From: Gammaproteobacteria bacterium
GTDB taxonomy: Bacteria > Pseudomonadota > Gammaproteobacteria > SZUA-229
Assembly (NCBI GenBank): GCA_036567985.1
Contig: DATCTK010000012.1
Location: forward strand, 15,973 to 79,972
Length of the DNA: 64,000 nucleotides
Direction of reading: 5' to 3'
In this document: in pieces, positions 22,243 to 32,446 of the stretch
Numbering within the stretch: the first letter of the stretch is position 1
How the letters are laid out: the number at the start of each line of letters is the position of its first letter
Program-made: the position numbers and the translations under genes
Notes under the pieces: model-generated
The model's input: only the letters and a program-made list of their open reading frames with translations
The model's database searches: none
What the model was told of the DNA's origin: nothing

Positions 22243-23531
22243 AAAAACTAATCACGATTATCTTTTTATTTTCACTATCACTCGGTGCGCACAGCGCATT
22301 GCGAGTGGAAATTACCAAAGGCGCGGATGGTGCACTGCCGATTGCAATCGTGCCGTTTCAGCAGCAGTTGCAGTCAGCCACAAGTGATACCGATGTGGCG
22401 GCGATTGTGCGCAATGATTTACAGCGCAGTGGCCGCTTTGCACCAATTGAGCCGGACAAACTGATTGCCCGGCCCCGTGCAGCGGAGGATGTAAATTTCA
22501 AACTCTGGCGGGTGGCGGGTATCGATCACCTGGTGATTGGCGATATCAAACAGTTGAATGCGGATCAGTATGAAATCAGTTTCCGCTTGCTGGATGTGTT
22601 CAAGGGCAACCAGGTGCTGGGTTACCAGTTCCGTGCCACCAATAAAACAATACGCAGTGTCAGTCACCATATCAGTGATCTGATCTATGAAAGTATTACC
22701 GGGCAGAAGGGTGCGTTTGATACCAAGATCGCCTATGTGACCACCCAGCGCCAGCAGGGACGTCAGCCCTCCTATGTGTTGCAGGTGGCGGATACCGATG
22801 GGCATAACCCGCAAACCGTACTGACTTCACAGCAACCGATTATGTCACCCTCCTGGTCACCGGATGGCAGCCAGCTGGCATATGTCAGTTTTGAGAAGCG
22901 CAAATCAGAAATCTATATTCAGAATCTGTACACTCAGCAGCGTCAGAAAGTGGCTTCATTCAGTGGCATTAACGGCGCGCCCGTGTGGTCCCCGAATGGT
23001 CGTGAGCTGGCCTTGACCCTGTCCAAGGAAGGTAATCCGGATATTTATGTGCTGGATGTGGCAAGTAAATCGCTGCGTCAGGTTACCCGTCACTGGGGCA
23101 TAGATACCGAGCCCGCCTGGACAGCGGACGGCAAGGAGCTGGTGTTTACCTCAAGCCGTGCCGGTAAGCCGCAGATTTATCGCATAAGCAGCAAGGGCGG
23201 TAATGCCAAACGCCTGACCTTTGACGGCAAATACAATGCCAGCCCGGAAGTGTCCAGCGATGGTCGCACCCTGGTGTATGTGCAGGGTGAGGGCAATGAG
23301 TTTCGTATTGCCACCATGGATCTGCAGTCGGGTTTCGTGCAGGTGCTGACCGATGGGCCACTGGATGAATCACCCAGTTTCGCGCCCAATGGCAGCATGA
23401 TTCTGTACGCTTCCACCGATCAGTCACAGGGTGTACTGGCAGCGGTTTCAAGCGATGGTCGTTTCAAGCAGAAACTGGTGCTCTCGGACGGTGACGTAAG
23501 AGAACCGACCTGGGGGCCGTTTAAGCAGTAA
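22239..23531 (+). CDS. tolB: TolB
   Basis: Signal peptide, PSWSPDG/PVWSPNG beta-propeller repeats. Confidence 0.95.
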   Translation: MKKLITIIFLFSLSLGAHSALRVEITKGADGALPIAIVPFQQQLQSATSDTDVAAIVRNDLQRSGRFAPIEPDKLIARPRAAEDVNFKLWRVAGIDHLVIGDIKQLNADQYEISFRLLDVFKGNQVLGYQFRATNKTIRSVSHHISDLIYESITGQKGAFDTKIAYVTTQRQQGRQPSYVLQVADTDGHNPQTVLTSQQPIMSPSWSPDGSQLAYVSFEKRKSEIYIQNLYTQQRQKVASFSGINGAPVWSPNGRELALTLSKEGNPDIYVLDVASKSLRQVTRHWGIDTEPAWTADGKELVFTSSRAGKPQIYRISSKGGNAKRLTFDGKYNASPEVSSDGRTLVYVQGEGNEFRIATMDLQSGFVQVLTDGPLDESPSFAPNGSMILYASTDQSQGVLAAVSSDGRFKQKLVLSDGDVREPTWGPFKQ

Positions 23532-23657
23532 GTGTCTCGGTTTGTATGACGAGTTTAAAAAATTTAACAGAGTATAAATTAGCAGAGGGTTTGCAGCTGT
23601 AGCCATCTGGGATCAGCACTGTACACCGGATGCTTTAACCGAAATGAGGAAACAAAC

Positions 23658-24218
23658 GTGAAAAAATTAATCACAACCCTGTTTGTAAGCGGCCTGCTGG
23701 TCGCCTGTGCACCACAGAACGTTAAAGACGATGGCGCTGGCACAATGGCCGGTGCAGGCGGCGAACCCGCGGGCGGTGTTGAAACCGGTGGTTTAAGCGG
23801 TTCGGGTATGGACGATGGTACTCTGCTCTCCGGGCTGGATGTGTCCTATGAAAAAACAGCGATCAATGACACAAATAATGTATTGATCGAGAAGGTTATT
23901 TACTTTGACTATGACAGTGACCAGATCGGTGAGGAATACCAGACACTGATTGCGCACCATGGCAAATACCTGGCGGCCAATGCGGATATGCAGGTGCGCA
24001 TTGAAGGCCATGCGGACGAACGCGGCAGTCGAGAATACAATGTGGCGCTGGCTAACCGCCGTGCACAATCGGTGCGTCGACTGGTGCTGTTCCAGGGTGC
24101 AGCTGCAGACCAGGTGGATGTGGTTAGCTACGGTGAAGAAAAGCCGGTGGCACTGGGTCATGATGAGGAGTCCTGGCGCCTTAACCGCCGTGTTGAGCTG
24201 GTCTACGAAGCACGTTAA
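23658..24218 (+). CDS. pal: Peptidoglycan-associated lipoprotein
   Basis: Lipobox LVAC, EGHADERGSREYN, SYGEEKP. Confidence 0.95.
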   Translation: MKKLITTLFVSGLLVACAPQNVKDDGAGTMAGAGGEPAGGVETGGLSGSGMDDGTLLSGLDVSYEKTAINDTNNVLIEKVIYFDYDSDQIGEEYQTLIAHHGKYLAANADMQVRIEGHADERGSREYNVALANRRAQSVRRLVLFQGAAADQVDVVSYGEEKPVALGHDEESWRLNRRVELVYEAR

Positions 24219-24341
24219 TATAACGCCATTCTGTTTGTGAACAATGCGCGCTTGCTGGCTGGTCGATTTTTATGACTGGCCAGCGTTGTGCATGGCATTG
24301 CAATTCCAACTATCAATGTATACAGCCCGTAGGCCCCTGTT

Positions 24342-25178
24342 ATGTCATTTAAATCTGTAATTTTGCCAGCTCGAACCCTGATGCTGGCGGCACTCCTTAC
24401 TGTATCGGCGCCACTGCTGGCAAATCAGCAATCGATTGAACAGCGTCTGAACCGGCTGGAAAATATTCTTGGTAGCCAGGTATTGATGGATCAGTCACAA
24501 CGTCTGGAACTGATGCAGCAGGAGTTACAGACCTTGCGCGGCATGCTGGAATCCCAGGAAAACCAGCTGGATCTGATCAGGCAGCGTCAGCGGAACCTCT
24601 ATCAGGATATCGATCGTCGCCTGGGCGAACTGGAAATTACCTCGGGACGGGGAAGTGCTACTGCTGGTGGAATGCCCAGCGCCAGTGTCTCCGCTGGTCG
24701 ATCACCCATCGCACCGCCATCCGCCTCGGTAACCGGTTCTGATGAAATTGATAATGAGCAAGCCATGACGGCCATGGTGACGCCGGGTGAGAAGAGTGAC
24801 AAATCGGCCTACAGTGAGGCTTTTAATACACTCAAGGCGGGACGTTATCAGGATGCGATCAAGGCATTCAAGGGGTTCCAGAAAGACTACCCGGAAAGCC
24901 CCTACAGCGCCAATGCACAGTACTGGCTGGGTGAGGCCTATTCGGTATCGCGGGACTATAAAACCGCGCTGAAGGAATTCCAGGCGGTGGTCAATAACCA
25001 CCCCGAGAGCAATAAGGTGGAAGGTGCGATGCTGAAAATCGGCTACACCCATTATGAAATGCAGGACTGGGCTGCCGCGCGTTCAGCATTGAACCAGGTG
25101 GTGAGCAAATACCCCGGCACCGCTGTGGCACGCAAGGCAGAAGAGCGGCTGCAGCGCATGCAGCGTGAAGGCCATTAA
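24342..25178 (+). CDS. cpoB: Cell division coordinator CpoB (YbgF)
   Basis: Signal peptide, coiled coil, TPR (NAQYWLGE). Confidence 0.92.
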   Translation: MSFKSVILPARTLMLAALLTVSAPLLANQQSIEQRLNRLENILGSQVLMDQSQRLELMQQELQTLRGMLESQENQLDLIRQRQRNLYQDIDRRLGELEITSGRGSATAGGMPSASVSAGRSPIAPPSASVTGSDEIDNEQAMTAMVTPGEKSDKSAYSEAFNTLKAGRYQDAIKAFKGFQKDYPESPYSANAQYWLGEAYSVSRDYKTALKEFQAVVNNHPESNKVEGAMLKIGYTHYEMQDWAAARSALNQVVSKYPGTAVARKAEERLQRMQREGH

Positions 25179-25206
25179 GTCTCACCCGCTACAGGCTGCA
25201 GATTCT

Positions 25207-25872
25207 ATGTCTTCAGAGCAGGTCGCGGACGCTTCACGTCTGCGCATTACCGAAATTTTCCATTCGCTACAGGGTGAGTCCTCCTATGTGGGACTGCCCA
25301 CGGTCTTTGTTCGCCTGACCGGCTGTCCATTGCGCTGTCACTACTGTGATACCGCCTATGCCTTCAGCGGTGGCGAATGGATGAGCCTGACGGATATCAG
25401 GGCGCAGGTGGCGTCTTACGGTGCGCAGCAGGTGTGCGTGACCGGTGGCGAGCCCCTGGCGCAAAAAGCCTGCATCGAGCTGCTGAGTGCGCTCTGTGAT
25501 GAGGGTTACAATGTATCACTGGAAACCTCAGGGGCTATGGACATCTGTGCTGTTGATGCCCGGGTCAGTCGCATTATGGACCTGAAAACACCGGCCTCCG
25601 GTGAGGAAGTGAAGAACCGCTATGAAAATATCCCCTGTCTGAGCCAGCATGACGAAGTCAAATTCGTGATCTGTGATCGTGCTGATTACGAATGGGCCAG
25701 ATCAATGATTGAGGAATATCAGCTACTGGCTAAGACACGGGTACTGATGTCGCCGGAACACCAGAATCTGCCAGCCAGCGAGCTGGCGGACTGGATTCTG
25801 CAGGACCGACTGAATGTGCGTTTCCAGTTGCAGTTGCACAAATATTTGTGGAATAACCAGCCGGGCAGGTGA
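25207..25872 (+). CDS. queE: 7-carboxy-7-deazaguanine synthase
   Basis: [18 protein letters not shown] radical SAM motif, QLQLHK. Confidence 0.93.
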   Translation: MSSEQVADASRLRITEIFHSLQGESSYVGLPTVFVRLTGCPLRCHYCDTAYAFSGGEWMSLTDIRAQVASYGAQQVCVTGGEPLAQKACIELLSALCDEGYNVSLETSGAMDICAVDARVSRIMDLKTPASGEEVKNRYENIPCLSQHDEVKFVICDRADYEWARSMIEEYQLLAKTRVLMSPEHQNLPASELADWILQDRLNVRFQLQLHKYLWNNQPGR

Positions 25873-25895
25873 TTATTCAGAGGTGCCCTGTAAAG

Positions 25896-26579
25896 ATGAG
25901 TGAAAACAATAAAAAAGCAGTGGTGCTGGTGTCTGGTGGGCTGGACTCAGCCACGGTACTTGCCATGGCCCATGCGAAGGGATATGAATGCTATGCCCTG
26001 AGCTTTGACTATGGCCAGCGCCACAGCACCGAACTGGCTGCAGCAAAGACCATTGCCGAGGCCCATGGGGCTGTGGCGCACCAGGTGTTACACCTTGACC
26101 TGAACAGGCTGGGCGGCTCAGCTCTCACCGACAACAGTATCGATGTGCCAACCGCGCTGGCGGAAGGTATTCCGGTGACCTATGTGCCCGCGCGAAACAC
26201 CATATTCCTGTCGATGGCACTGGCCTGGGCCGAGGTGCTGGCGGCGGATGATATCTTTATCGGGGTGAATGCGGTGGACTATTCCGGTTACCCTGATTGC
26301 CGTCCCGAGTTTATCCAGGCATTTGAAACCATGGCCAATCTGGCCACCAAAGCCGGGGTTGAGGGGCATCATATGCATATTCATACACCACTGATCGACA
26401 TGAGTAAGGCGCAGATTATCCAGCAGGGTGTGGGCCTGGGTGTGGACTATTCGCTTACCGTATCATGCTATTCGGCAGATGCTGAAGGTCGTGCCTGTGG
26501 TGAGTGTGACTCCTGCCGCCTGAGAAAAAAAGGCTTTGAAGAGGCGGGTCTGCCAGACCCAACCCGTTATCGAGCCTAA
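25896..26579 (+). CDS. queC: 7-cyano-7-deazaguanine synthase
   Basis: SGGLDS, YVPARN, YPDCR, CY...CGECDSC. Confidence 0.95.
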   Translation: MSENNKKAVVLVSGGLDSATVLAMAHAKGYECYALSFDYGQRHSTELAAAKTIAEAHGAVAHQVLHLDLNRLGGSALTDNSIDVPTALAEGIPVTYVPARNTIFLSMALAWAEVLAADDIFIGVNAVDYSGYPDCRPEFIQAFETMANLATKAGVEGHHMHIHTPLIDMSKAQIIQQGVGLGVDYSLTVSCYSADAEGRACGECDSCRLRKKGFEEAGLPDPTRYRA

Positions 26580-26690
26580 CGATTAGCGGCATTTCTGCTG
26601 CTGCTGAAATGCCCACCTTCAGGACATAATCGCTGAGGGTCTATCATCGGCGAATTGTTCGTATAAGCATAAATATTGCAGAATTTTGTC

Positions 26691-26725
26691 TTGTAATTTC
26701 AGGTGAATCAGGTAATATACGCGCC
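26691..26725 (+). promoter_or_regulatory. Putative stable-RNA promoter for tRNA-Lys
   Basis: TTGTAA-N16-TAATAT followed by a GC-rich discriminator (acgcgcc). Confidence 0.45.
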
Positions 26726-26731
26726 TTCTTC

Positions 26732-26807
26732 GGGCCGTTAGCTCAGTCGGTAGAGCAGTGGACTTTTAATCCATTGGTCGAGTGTTCGAGTCACTCACGG
26801 CCCACCA
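26732..26807 (+). tRNA. tRNA-Lys (anticodon UUU)
   Basis: 76 nt cloverleaf; anticodon arm GTGGA-CTTTTAA-TCCAT; T arm GAGTG-TTCGAGT-CACTC; encoded CCA. Confidence 0.97.
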
Positions 26808-26813
26808 TATATA

Positions 26814-26846
26814 GAAAGCCTGTCAGTTTCTGACAGGCTTTTTTTT
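26814..26846 (+). terminator. Intrinsic terminator after tRNA-Lys
   Basis: aaagcctgtcag-ttt-ctgacaggcttt stem followed by a T-run. Confidence 0.85.
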
Positions 26847-26909
26847 ATGCACAGGAGAGCGTATTTTGCGTGAGGCAGGCGACAGCCGTGAGCCGATGGT
26901 CGTTAGTCC
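26847..26909 (+). repeat. Terminator-anchored GGA-hairpin repeat, copy A (degenerate)
   Basis: atgcacaggagagcgtattttgcgtgaggcagg...ggtcgttagtcc matches the other copies. Confidence 0.7.
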
Positions 26910-26928
26910 AACGACAAATGACGCTTCA

Positions 26929-26960
26929 CGTAGGGTGGCATCAAGCGAAGCGGATCCACC
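26929..26960 (+). repeat. GTAG-family REP singlet
   Basis: cGTAG followed by imperfect palindrome ggtggcatc-aagcgaagcg-gatccacc. Confidence 0.65.
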
Positions 26961-27003
26961 TGATACCCGTTCATTAGCGGACTCGCTTCTGTTTTATATG
27001 CAT

Positions 27004-27032
27004 AAAAAAAGCCCGGATAAACCGGGCTTTTT
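27004..27032 (-). terminator. Intrinsic terminator of soxXYZA (bidirectional shape)
   Basis: A7-gcccgg-ataaa-ccgggc-T5. Confidence 0.85.
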
Positions 27033-27052
27033 ATCTCATACGAACGTCAGGC

Positions 27053-27910
27053 TTACTTGCGTATGCCAGGGCCGTTTAATGTCAGGCCATTGCTCATATA
27101 GGTGTGGAAGTACTCAAGTGCACGGTACTCTTCGCTCTGTGTCGCGAAGGGCTTGGCGCGTACCTGCTTGTTACAGCCACCGTAACGACGTTGCAGTGTA
27201 CCCATGCCGTCACCTGAGTCACTGCCCATAGACCACTTGTTGCGGTATACAGGGAAGTGTGTGGTGTGACCCAGTGCTGGGCTCAGAATATCAGCACGCA
27301 CACGGTTGCCCGCATTGTAGTAGTGACAGTCTGCACATGACATATTCAGCTGACCGCGCTTCGCATAGAAGTGCTTTTTGCCGCGTTCATACCATTGCAT
27401 TGACTCGGGTGTGTCGACAACCTTCACATTGCCCTTGGCGCCGCGAGACTGGTAGGCAATGTAGGCTGACAGGTGTGCTATGTTGCCGGTTTTGTATTTC
27501 CAGGCTTTCTCACCGTTCTTTTCAAGACACTCGTTAATGGCCAGCTCAACTGTGATGACTTCGCCACGGTTCTTGTCGAAGTAAGGATAGTTTTGCTTCA
27601 TGCCTTTTTTAGCATCTGGGAAACAGCTAGCGAAGGTTTTGCCATTCTGGAATGGTTTATTGAACAGGGTTTTACCTTTTTCAACATAGATTTCATATGG
27701 AGGAAACTCTTCAAAGGCTTCCCACTGATCGCGTGAGGCCTTGTCTACAGAGTAAACGCCGTTAGCGAAGTCCTGCAAGGGAACATCGGGGAAACGTTCA
27801 GTGAAATATGCTCTGAAATCTTTCAGATCCTGTTCCGGGTTTGCAGCTGTGCCGAGTAGCGGGGCAGTGAGCATGCAAAACGCAGATACAATGACTGCAA
27901 TTTTTTTCAT
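27053..27910 (-). CDS. soxA: SoxA sulfur oxidation c-type cytochrome (monoheme type)
   Basis: CADCH heme site, RYGGCNKQVRA catalytic Cys; first heme site degenerate (FASCF). Confidence 0.95.
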   Translation of the reverse strand: MKKIAVIVSAFCMLTAPLLGTAANPEQDLKDFRAYFTERFPDVPLQDFANGVYSVDKASRDQWEAFEEFPPYEIYVEKGKTLFNKPFQNGKTFASCFPDAKKGMKQNYPYFDKNRGEVITVELAINECLEKNGEKAWKYKTGNIAHLSAYIAYQSRGAKGNVKVVDTPESMQWYERGKKHFYAKRGQLNMSCADCHYYNAGNRVRADILSPALGHTTHFPVYRNKWSMGSDSGDGMGTLQRRYGGCNKQVRAKPFATQSEEYRALEYFHTYMSNGLTLNGPGIRK

Positions 27911-27950
27911 AATCGGTACCTTTTTTATTAGTGATGACTGACTGAAAAGC

Positions 27951-28265
27951 TTATTTTATTTTCGCTTCTACAGAGTCACTCTCGCCCTTATTGTCTACCC
28001 AGCTCATTTTTAATGTGTCGCCAGCTTTAGCGCCACTGAACTTGAATGACAGGTAAGGATTTTTTGAGATAGCTGTGCCCCAGTCTGCTACCAGGACATC
28101 TGCACCGTTGACGTTGCAGGTAAGTTCCTGAATAAAATGCGCTGGAAAGTTTTTGCCAGTTTTTGAATTCTTGCGCTGGCCCGTTTCCATCGGGTGACTG
28201 ATAAGTGCCTTAACGACAGTGGTGCCGTCAGATACTTTAGCACGTACTTTAATTGAATTTGCCAT
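27951..28265 (-). CDS. soxZ: Thiosulfate carrier subunit SoxZ
   Basis: HPMETGQRK, AHFIQ, ISKNPY, WVDNKG. Confidence 0.95.
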   Translation of the reverse strand: MANSIKVRAKVSDGTTVVKALISHPMETGQRKNSKTGKNFPAHFIQELTCNVNGADVLVADWGTAISKNPYLSFKFSGAKAGDTLKMSWVDNKGESDSVEAKIK

Positions 28266-28289
28266 AGTAATATTCCTCTAAAAACTTGA

Positions 28290-28760
28290 TTAACCGCCGC
28301 AGCCGCCAATGGTTACTTTAACTAGCAGTTTGCTGCTGTATAACTTGTCGCCGGATTTAACAACAGCGATCACATCGGATGTTTTACCCATTTTTACACG
28401 AGTGGAAACAAAGCCTTCTGTGTTGCTACCCAGCTTAAAGGTGGCCGTCATAGGGGTTGGGTTTTCAGAAATCAGAATGCTGATAGATTCTGCATTTGGA
28501 ATAGTGCTGGTAACTGTAACAGGTACTACAGCGCCGTTTTCAGCAATTTCTGGTGCTTTCAGCGTAATGTCAGAGCTTTCTGTCATTGCAGTGCCGCCTA
28601 AAGCATTTTTAAGTGCTGAATCCAGGTCTTTTGCTTCGAAAGCAGCTTTTGGCCATGCAGCCAGTACCGCGCGTGGAGTGATCAGTCCTGCGCCAACAGC
28701 GACGCCGAACGCGCCTGCTGCTGCAGAACGCTTGATGAAGGATCTACGTGTATTGTTCAT
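28290..28760 (-). CDS. soxY: Thiosulfate carrier subunit SoxY
   Basis: Tat signal RRSFIK, APEIAENG, C-terminal VKVTIGGCGG. Confidence 0.97.
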   Translation of the reverse strand: MNNTRRSFIKRSAAAGAFGVAVGAGLITPRAVLAAWPKAAFEAKDLDSALKNALGGTAMTESSDITLKAPEIAENGAVVPVTVTSTIPNAESISILISENPTPMTATFKLGSNTEGFVSTRVKMGKTSDVIAVVKSGDKLYSSKLLVKVTIGGCGG

Positions 28761-28777
28761 TGTCTCTACCTTAAAAA

Positions 28778-29152
28778 TTATAGCGTGTGTATAAACTCAA
28801 CAACTTTGTCGATTTCGGATGCACTTAGAATCTCATGTGCTCCGAAGGGCGGCATCATTGTATTAGGATTCATCGTACGTGCATCGCTGATCTGTGCACG
28901 GAGTTTATCCTTGTCGGGGAATCGGGCCTTCATCGCGACTAGCGGTGGACCGATGTTTCCAGGTAGGTCGCCACCTTCTATCTGGTGACATGCAAGGCAG
29001 TTACCTTTCTTTCTATCGAAGGCAATTTTCTTGCCTTGCTCAATGACAGTTGCATCGGCCGCATGGGTGATGACTGGCATTGCGAAAGAAAGAGCGCCCA
29101 ATAACGCAGCAAGCGAGGTTGCTGTAGAGATGGTTTTAGCGGTGTACCGCAT
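28778..29152 (-). CDS. soxX: SoxX c-type cytochrome
   Basis: KGNCLACH, GNIGPPL, TMMPPFG. Confidence 0.95.
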   Translation of the reverse strand: MRYTAKTISTATSLAALLGALSFAMPVITHAADATVIEQGKKIAFDRKKGNCLACHQIEGGDLPGNIGPPLVAMKARFPDKDKLRAQISDARTMNPNTMMPPFGAHEILSASEIDKVVEFIHTL

Positions 29153-29407
29153 AGTTCACTCCTCAATACTTTATGATTGCGTGGAAATTCAGGGACCAAT
29201 CTATAGATAGTAGTCAGATTTTAGTATATTCCATTAGTTCTGCAGATTTTTAATAAAAATGCAAGCTCTATTGTGCCTGTGTTTTTACCAAGTCTCTGTT
29301 TTACTAGCCTGTTATAGTTATATTAGATTGGATGCCTAATAGCATACCCAAAACACTGCTGATGGCAAGAAAAAAACCAGTTTTGTGTGGATCTGTTTGC
29401 CAAACTA

Positions 29408-29425
29408 TATTATTAAAATCTAATA
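29408..29425 (-). promoter_or_regulatory. Candidate operator TATTA-N8-TAATA upstream of soxX
   Basis: Reverse complement TATTAGATTTTAATAATA is identical to 34778-34795. Confidence 0.45.
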
Positions 29426-29432
29426 AATAAAG

Positions 29433-30890
29433 CTATATTCGGCTTTCTTTGCGTATTTGCAGCATTAAATCCTGCTTTCTAGACTCAAGGCGTTGCCGGG
29501 TTAATGGTGACAGCTCGCTTTGCTGCAGTGCATTTTCAATTTGCTGAACAGCCTGCTTTAGATAACCTTCCTGCTGATACTCATGGCTGGTGGCCTCCAG
29601 CGCGAGGGCAATATTGTTTTCGATAAAATAGGCACGAGCCAGTGTCTGGTAGACCACGGCCTTTTTCTGTGATCGCAGTTGCTGATTCAGCAGCAGTATG
29701 GCCTGATTGGCTTGCTGGTTATCAATCAGTGAGCGTGCGTATCTAATCGATACTGGCAGGTAGTTGGGGTAGAGCTCGTTGAGCTGCTGCAACAGTTTCA
29801 GGTTCTGTTTCGGCTGGTTGGCAGCAAGGTAGGCATCGGCCAGGGCGAGCTTGATCCAGGGATGGTCCTCGACCCGGCTTAATTGCGTCAGTTTTTCAAT
29901 CGCCTGATCAAACTGGTGGCTGGCGGTGTAAGCCAGGCCCAGGGTGTAATCATTGACGATGCCGGCTTCGCCGTGATCCGCCAGCTGCCTGGCCAGGCGG
30001 GCCGGATCCTTGTGGGTCTGTAGCAGAATGCGGCTGCGTACCAGCTGGAAATCCAGGCTGTCGTCACGCAGTGAACGGCTTTGTTCGCTAATGCGGTTTC
30101 TCGCCTCGGCCACCCGGGTGCTGTTAAGCGGATGGGTGCGCAGGTATTCCATTTGTGAGAACAGGTTATTGTTGTCGGTGTTTTTGAGCAGGGTCTCGAA
30201 AAAACTGGCCATGCCTTCAGGGTTGATCCCGGCTTCTTCCAGTATACGGATGCCGATTCTGTCCGCCTCATGCTCGTTGCTGCGGGTAAAATTAATCTGT
30301 GACTGGATCATTGCGGCCTGGCCGCCATAAATCAACGCGGCCCCGGCATCGGGGTTTTGTGAGGCAAGCAGAATGCCCGCCAGTATGGTGGCAAACATGG
30401 TGGCGGGGTTGGTGTTTGACTCGGTGAGTGCCCGTGCCAGGTGGCGTTGTGTGACATGGGATATCTCATGGGCCATAACCCCGGCAAATTCACTTTCATT
30501 CTCTGCTGCCAGTATCAGGCCAGTGTGGAAGCCCAGATGGGCGTCAGGGCCCGCAAAAGCGTTGATACTGTTGATGTCGATAACAAAAAACTTGAAATTA
30601 CGCTCCACATGCTCGGTGTGGGATACCAGTCGCTGGCCCAGGGTGTTCAGGTAGTCGTCGACCTCGAGGTCTTCAATAAACGGCACATTGGCACGCAGGG
30701 TCATATAAAACTGCTTGCCCATCAGGTACTCGTTAAACGGGCTAAAGCTCTGCTGGGTGGGGTCACCCAGGGTTGGCAGCTCTGCCTGAGCGGGTGCCAG
30801 TGCTAAACAGCCCGATAGCGCAATGAAAGCGGCGGTCAGCAGTGTATTTAGTGGTTTTGTCCGGCTGGTATATTTCAATATGAATGCCAT
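29433..30890 (-). CDS. bepA: M48 family metalloprotease BepA/YfgC with TPR region
   Basis: INAFAGP, HEISH, EHEADRIG, THPL; likely start ATG 30890. Confidence 0.88.
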   Translation of the reverse strand: MAFILKYTSRTKPLNTLLTAAFIALSGCLALAPAQAELPTLGDPTQQSFSPFNEYLMGKQFYMTLRANVPFIEDLEVDDYLNTLGQRLVSHTEHVERNFKFFVIDINSINAFAGPDAHLGFHTGLILAAENESEFAGVMAHEISHVTQRHLARALTESNTNPATMFATILAGILLASQNPDAGAALIYGGQAAMIQSQINFTRSNEHEADRIGIRILEEAGINPEGMASFFETLLKNTDNNNLFSQMEYLRTHPLNSTRVAEARNRISEQSRSLRDDSLDFQLVRSRILLQTHKDPARLARQLADHGEAGIVNDYTLGLAYTASHQFDQAIEKLTQLSRVEDHPWIKLALADAYLAANQPKQNLKLLQQLNELYPNYLPVSIRYARSLIDNQQANQAILLLNQQLRSQKKAVVYQTLARAYFIENNIALALEATSHEYQQEGYLKQAVQQIENALQQSELSPLTRQRLESRKQDLMLQIRKESRI

Positions 30891-31042
30891 GCCGGCACGG
30901 GTTTCGTGCCGGTATTTAAAGTTTAAATCTCGCCTTGTAGGACATCTTTCCTGAAAATAAGTGCCCTTGAGAACAGTTATGGAGTATGGCATATCGTTGT
31001 CGGCAGCAAAAAGCGCCCCTGTTCTTTTGACTCACGACAAAG

Positions 31043-31156
31043 GACTAACGACTAACGACTAACGACTAACGACCAATGACTACTGTATACCGCACATCCT
31101 GTGCATATCGCTACCGGCATCCTTGTCTCTCGCGAAATACCGCACATCCTGTGCAT
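31043..31156 (-). repeat. Terminator-anchored GGA-hairpin repeat, copy B, with (GACTAAC)4 tail
   Basis: Two ataccgcacatcctgtgcata units (31087-31107 and ending at 31157) plus heptamer array 31043-31070. Confidence 0.85.
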
Positions 31157-31189
31157 AAAAAAAGCCACCTGGGGTTCAGGTGGCTTTTT
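31157..31189 (-). terminator. Intrinsic terminator of dsrE2
   Basis: A7-gccacctg-gggtt-caggtggc-T5. Confidence 0.85.
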
Positions 31190-31224
31190 CGGGTGCGGAA
31201 GCACCGGCTCAGCTGATTATCTGA

Positions 31225-31737
31225 TTAGATAAACAGTGACTGGGTTGCATCCGAAGATTCTTCGAAGTAGGTTGCTGCACCAACGTATTCAACACCGTCG
31301 ATAAACTGGTCATGGCTGTAACCGAACAGCTCAACCGTCATCTGGCAGGCAAGGAATTTCACTTCCGCTTCCTGGCACAGGTCGCGCAGTTCATCAATTG
31401 TCGCAACACCACAGTTAGAGATGGTTTTCTTCATCAGGGTGGTGGCAATGCTGTCCATGAATGGGATGTTCCACATGATATTGGGGATTTTAGGGCCAAA
31501 GTCGATGCTTTTCAGCCATTTTGGACCCATTGGCATTTTCATGGGCATGGATGGGTTACCCGTTGGGGTCACTTTCAGTGCGCTGGTGTCTTTCAGAAGC
31601 AGGTTCAGGCCGTAGAATGTGTAGAAAACCGATGCCTGCATACCCAGTGCCGCTGCAGTGCTGGCCAGAATAAAGGGGGGATATGCCCAGTCTAAGGTGC
31701 CTTTTGTTGCGATGATAGTTAGCTTTGGATCGCTCAT
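31225..31737 (-). CDS. dsrE2: DsrE2-type sulfurtransferase (DsrE/DsrF/DrsH-like)
   Basis: TKGTLDWAYPPFILASTAAA, FYTFYGL, ACQMT. Confidence 0.85.
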   Translation of the reverse strand: MSDPKLTIIATKGTLDWAYPPFILASTAAALGMQASVFYTFYGLNLLLKDTSALKVTPTGNPSMPMKMPMGPKWLKSIDFGPKIPNIMWNIPFMDSIATTLMKKTISNCGVATIDELRDLCQEAEVKFLACQMTVELFGYSHDQFIDGVEYVGAATYFEESSDATQSLFI

Positions 31738-32125
31738 TTGAATTCACTCCTAATGTTTTGGCCGGGTCGCTGTGTTTTTGCTGATGCTGAAATTGCCACG
31801 GTGCTTCCGCTTAAACCAGTTTATAATTTAATTAATTAGTCGATCGTATTACTTTTTAGAGATTAACCATACAATCGAATGTGAATAAAAGGCAAGTATT
31901 AGAATAAGTTTTTTTTTATATAGTAGATAGGTGGTTAATGATGCTGCGCTTATATTTGCATAAATAAAATTTATCTTATTGATTTATAAGGATATAAGCC
32001 TCAATTATGAGAATTTGGCAGAAATGGCTGTTGTGAAGGCTATCTGTGGTTGAGGTATATCCCGTGGGCAAAAAAATCGGTTACAATCTCAATATTAATG
32101 TTTTCTTATGTAGGTGCTGATAAAT

Positions 32126-32446
32126 ATGTACGGAATTAAAGAGCTTGATGTGGATACGCTTCAGTCATATCTGCAGGAAGGCAGGGCGCTGCGCTTGCTG
32201 GATGTGCGCGGACTCGCGGAGATGGCACAGGGCATGATACCCAATGCAGAAAAGTTGCCACTGCACACGCTGCCGACCAGGTTGCATGAAATTGACAGTG
32301 ATGAACTGACCGTTCTGTATTGTCGCAGCGGTGCAAGGTCTGCCCAGGGCGTGGGTTTTATGGCGCAGCAGGGTTTCGATAATGTATATAACCTGCGTGG
32401 TGGCATTATCGCCTGGGCACAAAAGGGCATGCCGCTGGAGGCGTGA
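32126..32446 (+). CDS. Single-domain rhodanese
   Basis: LLDVR, active loop CRSGARS, NLRGGIIAW. Confidence 0.9.
   Translation: MYGIKELDVDTLQSYLQEGRALRLLDVRGLAEMAQGMIPNAEKLPLHTLPTRLHEIDSDELTVLYCRSGARSAQGVGFMAQQGFDNVYNLRGGIIAWAQKGMPLEA

Noticed and set aside
31043-31084. Tandem GACTAAC and AAAGACC (34620-34654) arrays as a CRISPR array
   Set aside because: 7-bp units with no unique spacers and no cas genes
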